From: Plasmodiophora brassicae
Lineage: Eukaryota
DNA length: 64,000 nt
Reading direction: 5' to 3'
Assembly (NCBI GenBank): GCA_036867785.1
Contig: CP145421.1
Location: 496,001-560,000, forward strand
Below the pieces are notes generated by a model, which did not search any database, was not told the origin of the DNA, and saw only the letters and a list, made by a program, of their open reading frames with translations. Positions 1 to 14,265 of this stretch are shown here, in pieces (position 1 is the stretch's first letter; every line of letters begins with the position of its first letter). A program made the position numbers and the translations under genes.

Positions 1-1173
1 GCCGGGAACCTGACCGCTGCGCGTCTATTAACGGGCCTTGGGTAGGAACCCAATCGGTTCCTTGTTGCTAGCGTGTCTCACCCCGCAACACGTCCAGGGC
101 TATGTTTTCATGGATCACCATCGTCCAATACTTCGAGCACAGGTTCGTTTGCTAGCGTGTCGATCATGCTGTCATGGACTGACATTTCGCACAGTGCCTC
201 ATACTACGTCAGCCGCGGCTTCGTATTCTCGCTTAGCGTTTGCCGACGTGATATGGGTTACATAGGTGCTGATACTGACGCTGAAGCGAGGTACACCCCG
301 CGTCCTGAAATTCGCCACGAGTGCCATGTTGATCTTTCTGGGGTTCTGCCTGTTTGGGCTGGCGTTTTTCAGTGACAGTTCCCCAAACGTACGGTATGGT
401 GATCATGCTGGCGGCAATTTCTTATTTCTATCAATCAGTTCGCGACGATGGATGCGACCGCTGTCACCTTGTTCTCGCTCATCAACGGGGATGGCGTGCA
501 TGCCACGTTCGAAGAGCTGTATTCCGAGCACAAGTTCATCAGCCGACTGTACTTGTACTCGTTCATCTCGCTCTTCATCTACGCCGTTCTCAACATTTTC
601 ATCGTCATCATTGAGGACGCGTTTTCGTCGTGTAAAGAGGTCGGCTGCGGCCGTCTATCAATTAGGAATCGATTTTCTTACCTTCGATCACCAGCTCTCA
701 AAGCTGAAGGCAGCACCTGACATGGACCTGCTCGAGCTGCTCGACATGCCTGCCAGTTATACCGAAGAGGTATACGACGCGCGCTGAACAGATGATATCC
801 CCATTCACGATGGTTTCGCGCGATGCAGGCATGTCTCCGATACGAGAATGGTACGTCTTTGGAGTCAGACGCGACGTCGATTGCGACACCTCTCCTGTCC
901 GAATCGGATGAGTACGCCGACCCGGTCAGCTTGAAGGTGTTGGCCGACGACATCATCGCTGGCCTGCACGAAGACATCGAACGGGAGCTGGTCAAGCTGA
1001 GCGCGCAGCTGGACCCAGGCTCCATCCGGCCACCGCACGACATGCGCTTCTTCCCGTGCGATTTCCCTGATTGCATTCAGTGCCTCCTGCAGAGGTCGTC
1101 CAACGCCTCCGTCCTCTCATTCCGGGAGGAGCTGGACCGGTACCGACGAACGACGTCGGCAATCGTATACTGA
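1..1173 (+). CDS. MCOLN: Mucolipin/TRPML-type cation channel, 3' part (multi-exon, starts before the window)
   Basis: Pore-helix motif LFSLINGD followed by SRLYLYSFISLFIYAVLNIFIVII (S6), as in TRPML channels. Exons are joined by short GT-AG introns; stop at 1173. Confidence 0.8.
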
Positions 1174-1352
1174 ACAACGCCATGCGTTATCGACTCGGGA
1201 CGACGTACAGTCGCTGTGAAAGTAGACGGCGCCCAGACGCTTTCGCGGACGATTCCAGTCGTCGGAGGGCTGGCTGTGTAGGGGACTATCTCGCACAGGA
1301 GCGGCGTGAACAGCTGAGAGACGCGAACGCAGACGGGTTCATTAGCGGCACA

Positions 1353-1538
1353 TCATTGCGGCGGCGTCGCCGTGACGTCTGGTTCGGCATCGGCCGCCTG
1401 GCGCGACCGCTCCATCCGGCGCTGAACGATGTCGACCACGCCGCCCGTCACGAACACGCTCAGGACCACGGTCGTCACCATCAGCCCGGATACGATCACC
1501 TTGTGCGCCCCATTCACCACGCGCTCCATGAACGCCAT
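1353..1538 (-). CDS. Single-TM microprotein (61 aa), COX14-like
   Basis: MAFMERVVNGAHKVIVSGLMVTTVVLSVFVTGG...QRRMERSRQ. Size, central TM and the R-V-x-x-x-H-K/R pattern resemble Cox14. Confidence 0.45.
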   Translation of the reverse strand: MAFMERVVNGAHKVIVSGLMVTTVVLSVFVTGGVVDIVQRRMERSRQAADAEPDVTATPPQ

Positions 1539-1785
1539 CACAACGGGAAATGACGGCCGCCCCCCTCACCGCGCCGCTCCTTTACGCCGCTCCGTCCCCG
1601 AAAGTGGCGCTCCGCTCGATGACGGGGCCGTGGCGGCCCTCCGAATATTCTTCGACAGGTCGGGGGGGCTGTTCTGCCATTCATCCTCGAGTGTGACGTG
1701 CCGCCATCTGTATAGTACAACCGGCACACGCTGCTGCCGGCCCAGCTCGACATCGTAAGCGCGCGCCGCCGCCATCGTTCTCGCC

Positions 1786-2896
1786 ATGGACACGATACGC
1801 AGTTCGTTGTGGTCGGCGCTTGGCGCGCTAGGCGCGTCGACCACGACGACGACGGTCGACGACGGCGACCTGCCGTGCGACCTGATCGGCAACCTGGCGC
1901 AGGCGACGAACCTGATCGCCGAGGTGCGCGTCGCCGAGCGCAACCTGGGCAAGTACCAGGGGGCGGCCGGCGAGTTCGCATCGGCCGCCTGTCTGCTCGT
2001 CAACGATATCACGCAGCTGTGCACGGCGCCGAACAGCGCGGGCGGCCCTGCCTGCGACCTGATTGCCAAGGCGGCCGACCTGCAGGCCCTGGCCGAGACC
2101 AAGATCGTCGACGCGATCGCGTGCCGCGTCGTGCACCCGCTGACGCGATGGAAGGACGCGCTGGAATCGCTCGTCGTCAAGCTGGACGAGCTGAAGCGGA
2201 TGCATCAGCAAGCCAGGCGCCTGGCCGTCTACATCAAAGAGTTGCAGGAGTTACGCGTCAGACAGGTCAAAACGAACCGCTGGACGGCAACGTAAGCGCT
2301 GGAGCCGTTGCTGGCAGCGGTTCGCCTAACGATGGTCTGGCAGCAACGCTCAAGACCTGAAGAAGGCGCAAGACGCGCTGGTGGCCTGGCAGAGCAAATG
2401 CGATGGCATGGCGGTTGTCGTTGAACCGTTCGTGCAGCGGGACCTGAAGCAGGCCCGCGCACAGACGGGCCTGGTCCTGATGCGGGAGCTGAACGCCATC
2501 GAGGAGGAGTTCTGGAAGGCGGGCGCCGACATGTGCCACCTGCGCCGGCAGCTGATCGCCCAGCTCGAGGACGGTTCGTCGCCCGCCGACGACCTCGTTG
2601 CCCCGAGATCACAGAAGAAGGCGAAGAAGAAGAAGAAGCAGAAAAGCAGGGAGGAAGGCGAGGGACAGCCGTCTGCTGCACCAGGCGAGCAGCCGTCGGG
2701 TGCCGACTCGCCCGACATCTTAACGTCATTCGAATGGTATCGGCATGAACCGGACCCGTTCTCCGAACCGGCACCCGTTGCCAGCGAGCCGAACGACGAC
2801 TTCGCCAGGATTTCGAACGCTAAGTCCAGAGCGTCAGGAAAGCCAACGGACCCGTTCCAGTCGCTGGACCCGCTAAGGAACGGCAACCTGCCCTGA
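1786..2896 (+). CDS. Helical/coiled-coil protein, BAR-domain-like, 2 exons
   Basis: ORF 1786-2295 joins ORF 2381-2896 through an in-phase GTAAGC...CAG intron (~2292-2343). Long amphipathic helices, then a Lys/Pro-rich tail. Confidence 0.55.
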
Positions 2897-3070
2897 CGAA
2901 AGGGCCGCTGTCGCCTGCCTCATAATACAGCATGCGCCTGGTATAGCAGGGCAGGGGGAGGGCATTAAAGGCAGATGGGATCGTCGAGTACGCCGAGACT
3001 CGGGTTGGGTTCGTCGACCAGTAGTAGTTGTCGTTGTTAAGACCCACCGGCGGCGCCGGCGGCCGCGGCG

Positions 3071-5532
<2,462 letters not shown>

Positions 5533-5675
5533 CACAATACACGTCGGCATACCCAGTTAAACAGGCGGGGGGAGGAAGTGCTCAGTACGTCTGAAATGGT
5601 GTCAGCGGGGAACGCAGCACTGTCCGAGCTGCACACCGAGAAACTCCGTGGACGACTGCGCAACAAAATATTGTA

Positions 5676-7166
5676 ATGTCGTCTGTGTACGCTCTGGAGC
5701 CGGCAACGCTCGGCAAGGTCGTCCTGCACACGTCGGTCGGTGACCTTGACGTCGAACTATGGCCGAAGCAGGCGCCGCGCGCATGCCGGAACTTTGTGCA
5801 GCTCTGCATGGAGGGGTATTACGACCGTACGATCTTCCATCGCGTCGTCAAAGGGTTCATGGCGCAAGGCGGTGACCCGACTGGCACTGGCCATGGTGGC
5901 GAATCCATCTACGGTGCACCGTTCAGAATGGAAACCCATTCACGTCTTCGATTTTCACACCGAGGGTTCGCAATCGATTGCCTGTCAGCCGCCTCTGTTC
6001 GCTGGCTGACGACGTTGATACAGGGTTGTGGCCATGGCAACGCCACCCGACCAACCTGATGGCAATGGCAGGTAAGGCTGTTCTCCCGATAGAAAGAATG
6101 GCCAGCAGCCTGATTTGTGTCTTCGATTAGCCAATTCTTTATGACATTTGATGCCTGCGAGTGGTTGAACGGGAAGCACACAATATTCGGGAAGATAACG
6201 GGTGACACGATCTTCAACCTTCTGAAGATGCAAGATCTCGACGTTGACGAGTCGGAGCGCCCAGAGCATCCGCCCATTATCACTGGTGTCGACGTCCTGC
6301 TGTCACCGTTCGACGATATTGTCCCGAGGGATAAACGGGTACGGGAAGAACCAACCAAGAAGGTGAAGAAGAAGAAGCAGAAGAACACGACGCTGCTGTC
6401 GTTTGATGAGGACAATGCCGATAACATTGCGTCTGCACGCATGGTGAGCTCCCACGACGTCATCGACGACGCGACACCGCTGAAACCTACGGCCAATATT
6501 GACAACGCCTCTGAACCCGGGCCTGAACGGTCAGCTCGAAAGCCTCCTGTTTCAGAGCCTGCCGGCGAATTAGAGAAACTGGCTGAGACCCAGGGGCGAG
6601 GGTCGATTGTGGCAAGGGCAGCATCGTCTGTGAAATCAGATCTTCCTCCAGATAAAGAGAGCGAGCTGGCCGAACTAAGGAAGAAGGTCGCGTCGCTAAA
6701 GTCTCGAGCGTTCCACGTATCCAAACAGTCCACAACTGATCAAGCGCCGTCAGCTAGTTTGTTGTCTCCGCTCGAGCAACGACGTCAGATGTATTTGAGC
6801 AGGAAGACTGCCAGCAGGAAGCAGAGAGAAAAGGTATCGGTATCGGAGACCGCCCGGGATAACTGAACTGACTGAACTATGTCTTTGCAGGAGACGCTAG
6901 CCAAGCTTTCAAAGTTTCAACAGGCGCTGCAGACTGATAAGACTGAAGACAAGGTGAAAGCCAGTGCCAGTACTGTCAACGAAGACGAAGGCGACGATGA
7001 GTCCGGATGGATGCGGCATTCCCTAGCATTCAATAAGCGTCCGCAAGACTTCGATCCAATGGCACGCGATGTGACCTCGTACGAATACGTGCTGACCGAC
7101 CCGCTGGGTGAATTCCAGCACGATGCCAAGAAACGGCGCGTCGCACAGTCTGCCAAACAGAAATAG
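5676..7166 (+). CDS. CWC27: Spliceosome-associated cyclophilin CWC27
   Basis: MSSVYALEPATLGKVVLHTSVGDLDVELWPKQAPRACRNFVQLCMEGYYD, FHR, QGGDPTGTG, SQFF, KHTIFGKITGDTIFNL, PFDDIVPR, LLSF, and a C-terminal WMRHSLAF. Confidence 0.92.
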
Positions 7167-8445
7167 ACTCACCAACCACAATTATTATATGCAAGATCGG
7201 TGTAGGAGCCTTGAGCCCTTGACCCCCAGTGACGTAGTCCGAAGGGACGCCCCCGGACTTGTCTGAGTGTCTGTCTGCACAGGTGCAACGTGTCGGACAC
7301 GAACACGTCCTGTACCAGATTCCTTTACATATTCGATAATGGGACTTTCGGTATTCGGCCAGGTTTCAGCAGGCGCCGCGGTATCGGCAGCGGGATCGAA
7401 CGGTGACGTCCGTGTGTGATGGACGGCGTAGCAGTACTCCGCACCGTCTTGCACGGCGTCTAGAACGGTTCGGCGGAAACAAACGTATGAATTCTTCCCT
7501 GTCGTGGAAGCAATCATCGTCTCGCGTCGATTTATTCGCTCGCCCGCAAATCTTCAGGGTCGCCGGAAAATGTATTACCTACCGAATGGGGCGGCGGAGT
7601 GCGGCGAAGGCCCATAGCAGAGTGGGGGTGCGTGGCAAGTACAAAGGACCAAGCGGGGATGGGACAATGGCAACCTTCTCGGCCTTTTGGCTAAGATCAA
7701 GTGTAGTATCTGTTCTAAGACTCGTGACAAAGTCTTCCGGTCTACAAGACCGTCTTGTCATGATTATTTTTACAGCCGGGGTGCTGGGCTCTGGCTTGCT
7801 ATCCCAGCGCTCGTACGTGACCTCTGTATTGCAGTACAGCAGAGTGTCGCGGGCAACCCAATTTAAGCAAATCGAAAAAGTATCGGCAAATTCTTGGGGG
7901 CGTGAACTGCCGCGATGTGGACCATCGATAGTCAGTGTCGCTGACTGGATGTGCTGAGAAAATGTGAGAAACCGATGAGACCAGACACGCGCAACCTGGA
8001 CATGAGCTCCAAGAAGACGATAACAACCGAGTAATAGGAATAGTAACGCGGTGTGCGGTTGACTTCTTCGTGTAAACTCCAGGTGCCATGCTGATCGATG
8101 AAGGTATTCTACGTAGCGGGCCCTACAGGGGTAGGTAGCCGCACAACAGGGGCGGTTTGGTCGTATCTGTGTTCAGCACACTTTATGGAGCACGTCCAAA
8201 CCAGGATAGATGCGCACACAGGATTCCAGCATGTTGAGACCGGAACCCTGTGTGTGTATGTACCGTGGTCTGGACATGTTCCATCATTGTGCAGAACACG
8301 GGTATGACCAAATGTGATCATCACATCGAGAATTGTGATGATCCCGAGCGACCGGGCAGATCTATTGCGGAGTCCGCCACGGACTCCGTGGCTGACCGTT
8401 CGGGTCTGTCAGGCATTCCGTGACAGGGTGGCGGCGCCAGCGCAA

Positions 8446-10605
8446 ATGACGCCTAACGCACGGGAAGACCTGCAAGCATGTCGCGCGCTTCTGAACTCCA
8501 TCCTGGCGCTGCCAGATGATACCCTGTTCCGTGAAAACGCCCATATTCGCCGTGTGCTTGCCGACCGCGAAGTTCTGCGCGTCTGCGCTGATTGTCCAGA
8601 ATTCTCCCAATGGACTACCCGGTTACATCGCCTGTGCGCAGCTCGTCCTGCGCCTGCACCGGCAAGCCCATCGCCGGAAATTTCAGGCGACCTTGTCTCG
8701 CTTGCGACCGCCTCAGCGGCCGGATCGTTGTCTGAGTCTGTGTGCGAGCGCGGTTGGATCGCCGCAGCGGCGTACATTGAGACCACGGCGTGCTCCATGA
8801 AACCTTCTCCCGCGTTACGTCTCGACTGGGCCGTCCAGTTGCAACGCCTTATCAAGCTCCCAGGCGGGCACCGTCAGCGCGTTCTTCAGACGGCACTGCT
8901 GGTCCTCGCCAGTGATAACGGCGACAAGGACAGTAAGCCTAGCAAAGACGACAAGAAGCACAGCAGCGGCGACGTGAAGAACGGAGAAGTGCAACTGAGC
9001 GCACAAGTCGCAGCATTGTGTTCGGCTCTGATCACTGCCTTGGCCGATGAGGTTGACAGCGATCCGCAGTGGTTGCACGCCGCCCTGTCCGCTCTGCTGG
9101 ATCTGTTCCGACAGTTCCCATCTGCGACACGACCCCTGTCCCATCGTCTCATCCAAGCCACTATGGCGCTGGCCCAGCACGAGAACCGGTACGTCCGATG
9201 TGCTGCGTCCCTGACGGCATCGCAGGCATTGTCCTCCATCGACGATTACGTCATGGCGTTGCATGCGCTTCTGGATCGGTCTCTTCTGGCCTGCGTACCA
9301 GGCCGCCCTTCGTCCTCTGGCGGCTCCCTTCCCGATGAGATCGCGTCGTTCCTGGATTCCAAGCCGAAGACGATGCCGATTGTGCACGCCATCAGGCAAT
9401 GGGATTTCCTGTGCGGCGTCATCGCTGGATGCGTCAGCAACAGCCTCTCGTCGGTGACGGTGCCCATCGGCGACCTCCTATCGGCCCTGGAAAGGCTCAG
9501 CGATGTCGATCTTCGAATGGAGCAGCTGCGATCCGTATCGACGCATGGGATTACCCCTCTGGCCCTGTTCGGATCGTTGCCGCATCTCCACAACGCGCTT
9601 CTGGAGACGTTCGCATGCGTGTGCCATCGCCTTGGACGCCGTCTCCTGCCTCATGCCGACCGCATCGCGCGTGTTGTGCTTGCGCGTCAAAACTCGACCG
9701 CGATCGGCGCCGCTGTGGCCGCCCTGGGCGCCTCTGCCGTTAAGCCCATCGTCATCCCGATCCTGCCGACGCTGCTGCCGTCGATCGGCGAACACCTCGA
9801 CCTGATCTCGACGATCCTCACCCACTGTGGGACGCACCTGCGTCGCGAACCGGTCATGCACCAGGTTCAGTCGCGGCTGCTGTCCCTGGCCATGTCCTGC
9901 AAGGAAGGCGAGCAGCGCCTAGCGGCGTACTCGACCGTTCATCAGGCGCTCGTATGCAGTCCCGACCTGGCGTTCCTTCGCATCTGCACGCGCATGTTCA
10001 CGTCGGGCCAGAACGATCCCGACGCGCTGCTGGCCGCCGTCTGCGTCTCCGCTCTGCAGACCTGCAACAACCTGGCGGCGTCCAACGTCCCCGTGGCCAT
10101 TGTGCCGGAAGTCGCCCATGTCGCCGACAACGTCAGCGTTGTCCAGTTCGCCGAGGTTCTCGTGCGCCAGCACTCGCCGGCGCTGCGCCCCAGGAACGCG
10201 CCGGAAGACGGCACCGTCATCGAGGCCGCTGGCAACGTGGTTCTCGCAGAGGTCAAGGTCCAGGAATCGACTGAACCGCATGCCGATACGGTCGAGGTAC
10301 GGGATTCGGGCGCGCCCCCAGTGGACATGCAGGTGGACTCCGAGAAGGAACTGGAAGCGGCGTCGGTTGCCGTTGCCATGGCCATAACAGCATCGAACGG
10401 GCATGCCACGCCTGTGGAAGGCGCTGCGGCGATCGAGGAGGGCCCTCCGGAAGCGCCGGCGGACCCTGATCCCGACAGCGTTCCTGTTGCCGGCAGCAAA
10501 CGAAAGCAGGAAGACGGGGATGGGCCGACGGTCGATCCTGAAACCGGGCTTGTCGACGCGCGCCCAGACGGGACCGACGATCAGGCGCCGTTATGGTCGT
10601 TCTGA
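8446..10605 (+). CDS. PELP1/Rix1-like pre-rRNA processing protein (helical repeats, acidic tail), intronless
   Basis: Long Leu/Ala-rich ORF with VTVPIGDLLSALERL and LPHLHNALLETF...RRLLPHA motifs resembling Rix1/PELP1, plus a Glu/Pro-rich C-terminus. Start codon uncertain. Confidence 0.6.
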   Translation: MTPNAREDLQACRALLNSILALPDDTLFRENAHIRRVLADREVLRVCADCPEFSQWTTRLHRLCAARPAPAPASPSPEISGDLVSLATASAAGSLSESVCERGWIAAAAYIETTACSMKPSPALRLDWAVQLQRLIKLPGGHRQRVLQTALLVLASDNGDKDSKPSKDDKKHSSGDVKNGEVQLSAQVAALCSALITALADEVDSDPQWLHAALSALLDLFRQFPSATRPLSHRLIQATMALAQHENRYVRCAASLTASQALSSIDDYVMALHALLDRSLLACVPGRPSSSGGSLPDEIASFLDSKPKTMPIVHAIRQWDFLCGVIAGCVSNSLSSVTVPIGDLLSALERLSDVDLRMEQLRSVSTHGITPLALFGSLPHLHNALLETFACVCHRLGRRLLPHADRIARVVLARQNSTAIGAAVAALGASAVKPIVIPILPTLLPSIGEHLDLISTILTHCGTHLRREPVMHQVQSRLLSLAMSCKEGEQRLAAYSTVHQALVCSPDLAFLRICTRMFTSGQNDPDALLAAVCVSALQTCNNLAASNVPVAIVPEVAHVADNVSVVQFAEVLVRQHSPALRPRNAPEDGTVIEAAGNVVLAEVKVQESTEPHADTVEVRDSGAPPVDMQVDSEKELEAASVAVAMAITASNGHATPVEGAAAIEEGPPEAPADPDPDSVPVAGSKRKQEDGDGPTVDPETGLVDARPDGTDDQAPLWSF

Positions 10606-10697
10606 TTAAAATGGTTAAGTGTATGCTCATCTGTCTACCTGCTGCCCTGTGGGACGGGGATAAATATTAACAGCCGTCCGGCTTGATCTGTGCCCCG

Positions 10698-12471
10698 TCA
10701 AAGCGGCTGCGATGGTTGCTGTTCCCTTTGCAGCATGCTCGTCAGCGTCTTGTCAGTAATACTGATGCCCTGGATGGCTTGGAAGAGAAGGCGCTCGTCG
10801 ATCGTCTTCGGGATATGGTTCAGGAAGTGCAACGACTGCTCGAACGTGGACTGGAGTAGTGCTAACTCGTACAGTTTAAGGACGCCGAGTGCGGCCCGGA
10901 ACAGGAAGGCTTGGCCCTCCACCAGGAAGCAGTCCCAGATCCGGCAGGCAATGTCGAGGGGAAACGACCGGCTGAAGATCGTCAGGATCCAGTCGTACCT
11001 GCCGAGGGCGCTTAGACGCGAGCCGGACGTCACTGGAACCCGCACGCCCCCTACAGGTACATGTCGGGCGTGAGATTCATGGAGCAGAACCTGTCGAACA
11101 CCTTCGGGACATGCTTCTGCATAAGCTTGTCGAACACGGTCAGGTGCGATCGCCCGCTTCGGAAGTCCCGAAACAGTGTGAAGTAGAGCTCGCTGTTGAG
11201 GAGGTTGGCCAGCGCAACAAACGCGTTGAATTCGTCGTCGAGGTTGAGCAGCAGCATTGCAGCAATGTACGACATGCCTGCAGGGCCGCTCGCTTCAGGC
11301 TCGGCGAAAGGAGCGGGGGGGCGCCCGATGTCGCTCGTACCTTGGATGTATCCGACGTCTGGTCGGAAGGAGACGTACGTCTTGAGGATGTTGACTAGGG
11401 GAGCGCTCATGGGGCCGTCGCCGTGGAAGAACTGGGTAACGGCACATCAGACCACAGCCCAGGCACGCTCGGGAACGCTCCCACTTGAAGCTCCGGGAAC
11501 GTCCTGGGAACGTCGACCTCGATCAACGCGATCGATTCTTCGCGGCTGCATGCGTCGGATGCCGACGGGGACGTGGCTCGCGACGACAGAATCTTGTACA
11601 AATCTGTTGGCCGCCCCCGGAATAGGTTAGACGCGTGGGGAAGCAGTACGCCGAACGACTACCTCGAGTGATCTTGAGCTCGTTCCCAATGATGGCGACC
11701 CAGGCTTCTCCCCGGCAGGCGCTAGGGATGCCCCTCCAGCACATGTTCTTCAGGCGGCGCCTGCTGGGAACCTCTCTACAGGCACGCGGGCGCTTAGTCG
11801 ATTTCCAAACCCGGGTGGGTCGGCCACGGGACCGACATCCGGTTCTGCCAGCTGTGCAGCAGCATGCACCAAGCGGCTCGGTCGTCGGCCATCTGCGTCT
11901 CGCGCTGCTCGCCCGTGACATCATCGGAACCTGCCGCCCTTTGTCACCATTTAGCAATTCCGGCCCAGGGGTGTCCCCACCGTGTATCATCGCGGCCGCC
12001 GAAGGCGTTGCCCAGGTGTCCACCAGGCCTGCAAGACCGGGGTATTGAACACCCTGAGGGGGGCAGACAGACAAGGTGCCAGGCCGGAACGAACCTTGAA
12101 GGAACGCCTTGCCGCGCTTCTTCAGCTTGGCGACCTGGTCGACGACATTGGCGGGTTCCGATTTCGACTCGTCTTCAAACGAACGCTGCGATACCGGGGA
12201 CAGGTCTACGTCGGCGGGCGCCCTGTGCGCCCGTGACTGTCCAGACGATGGGGAAGCGTCCGCAGACGGGGGCGTTTGCTGCGATCGGATCCCCAATGCA
12301 CCAACCGGGGAGGAAAGCTCTGCAACGGGCTCCTTCTCGGTGTCCTCCTCTTTGCCCTTCCCGTTGGGCGATTGCAATTCGTGTGCGCCCACCCACTCGC
12401 TGTGTGGCCGTCAGTCGAATGGCCGACGGGGGCGGACGCGCCTATACCGACTTGATCGCATCCTTGCCCAT
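10698..12471 (-). CDS. TBC-domain Rab GTPase-activating protein (TBC1D12/14-like), multi-exon
   Basis: WRGIPSACRGEAW, IEVDVPRTFP (Arg finger), RPDVGYIQG|MSYIAAMLLLN (Gln finger), DWILTIFSRSFPLDIACRIWDCFL. Confidence 0.9.
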
Positions 12472-12827
12472 CGTCGCCGCCAGGGCGCCCTGAAGCTTAC
12501 GATGCCCCGCAGCGGCATCGCCGTCACCGGAAAAGTCGCCCGACATCGATCGGGCGCCGCGCCCGCCCCCCGCCGACCAGCAGCGATCCCGTCACTGACC
12601 GCCTATCGACTATCGTACGCTCTCTGCCGCCAGAGGAGGGCTGCTGCACCCGTCGCTGGTGGAGGGGGACCACCAACCCGATCCAGCGATATCTATTCCA
12701 GACTCGCTGTCTGAGTGCCACGCCTGCGAATGCGAACTGAATACGTCGGCCAGACGATCACAACAGGTGGGCGGGACGGCGCCCTCCCTCCCCCGAGACA
12801 CGCGCGACAATGATGTGTGTGTGTGCT

Positions 12828-14095
12828 TCAGTTCGTCCAGTGGCAGACCTTCGGCGCCGCGTCGACGTAGGTGACGTCGCCGGGGCGTGTCGGGACGGCA
12901 CGGTGCGGCGGGACGGCGACGTCGTCGTCGTCGTCGTGGGCCGCCAGGTGCGATCGGTCTCGAGCCGGGCCGGCCGGCGGTTTGCGCAGCGGGACGTTGC
13001 CTTCGAAGTCGGCGCGACGGCCGACGCCGCCTTTGGTCGGCGCACGGTGCCGCCGGGCGTCGTCGTCGTCGTCGTCGTTGACGGCGGCGGCGTTCCTGGC
13101 GAACCCGCTCGGCGATGTCGCCGCCCGGGCGGACGCGCTGATGGCCAGCGGGGGCTGGCGGCGGGGCGGCGGCGGCCTGAAATCCGACGCCGCCGTCGAG
13201 AGGGTCGTCGGCGGGATCGCCCCGGGCGCTGCGACGGCCGGCGCCGTGCACGACTTCGTGAAGCCGCTCGTCTGCGGCGGCCCGCCTGCGGACGCAACCA
13301 GCGATCAGCGCGCGCGCGCGCGTCCAACGACCATCGCCCGCGCGGCGCTTACTGGTCGGCATCGGCCACGCTGGCGGCACGGCCGCGTCCGGGACGGGCG
13401 CCCGGAAACGATCCTCGAACTCGGACACGGGCGCGACGTCGTCGTCGGTGACAGGGTCGTCGCCCGCGCGCTGATCGTTGTTGCGCGTGTACCCGTTTCG
13501 TGCGGTGCTGTGCGGGCCGACCTTCCGGCCTGTCGGCGGCGTCGGGGCGCTCCTCTGTGGCGGCCGGTACGCGGCGGCCGACTCCGACAGCGCCGGCGTG
13601 GGGATGTCGGGCTGTGCCGCCAACGCCCGCCCCAGGTCAGTCGCCGGGTATCACGCGCGTCCCAGACAGCGGGCGTTCGGCGCTTACCACGAAGTCGAAC
13701 GCGTTCATGCGCGCGAACGAGTACGGCTGCTTGCGCTGGCAGACGTCCGCCTCGGTGACGTGGCCGGCGTTGCCGAGCGGGATGCGCTGGTAGCTGGCCT
13801 TGTACAACGTCGTATGGTCCACTGGGCCGTCGCCGGCGGCGGCGACACGCGTCGTGTTTCGGGAGAAACCTGTCGGGCGACGCGCGACCGGCATGCATGT
13901 CATCCAGGGGACATTGGGCCGCCCAGCGTGCGCACGCGCGCGCGCACCTGTCTCGTTCGTCATGGCATCCGGGTGCCCGTTGCGCCCCCGGTACCGGAAG
14001 CTCGTGGCCGTCGTCGTACAGTAGAAGTCGAACACGTTGTCGGAGGCGCGAGGCGCCGCCGCCGACTGCTGCCGGGTGGACGGAGCGGCGCTCAT
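12828..14095 (-). CDS. SAXO4/PPP1R32-like ciliary microtubule inner protein, multi-exon
   Basis: N-terminal DNVFDFYCTTTATSF and recurring [ST]G[FY]x[RK]N-like motifs (PTGFSRN, NGYTRNN, SGFTKS, SGFARN). The spliced frame ends VCHWTN-TGA at 12828. Confidence 0.55.
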
Positions 14096-14265
14096 CGCTC
14101 GGTGAAGCCGCTAGATTAGTTAGCTCTCGGGGGGCGGCGGCGGGATCGCCAGGTGTACCACCAGCCTCGCTGCCGACAACGACGGTCAATCTTAGGATAA
14201 CGGAGACGACAATGTATATTTCGGGTAAACGAATGTGAATAATACATCATTTAGCTGATCATCAG

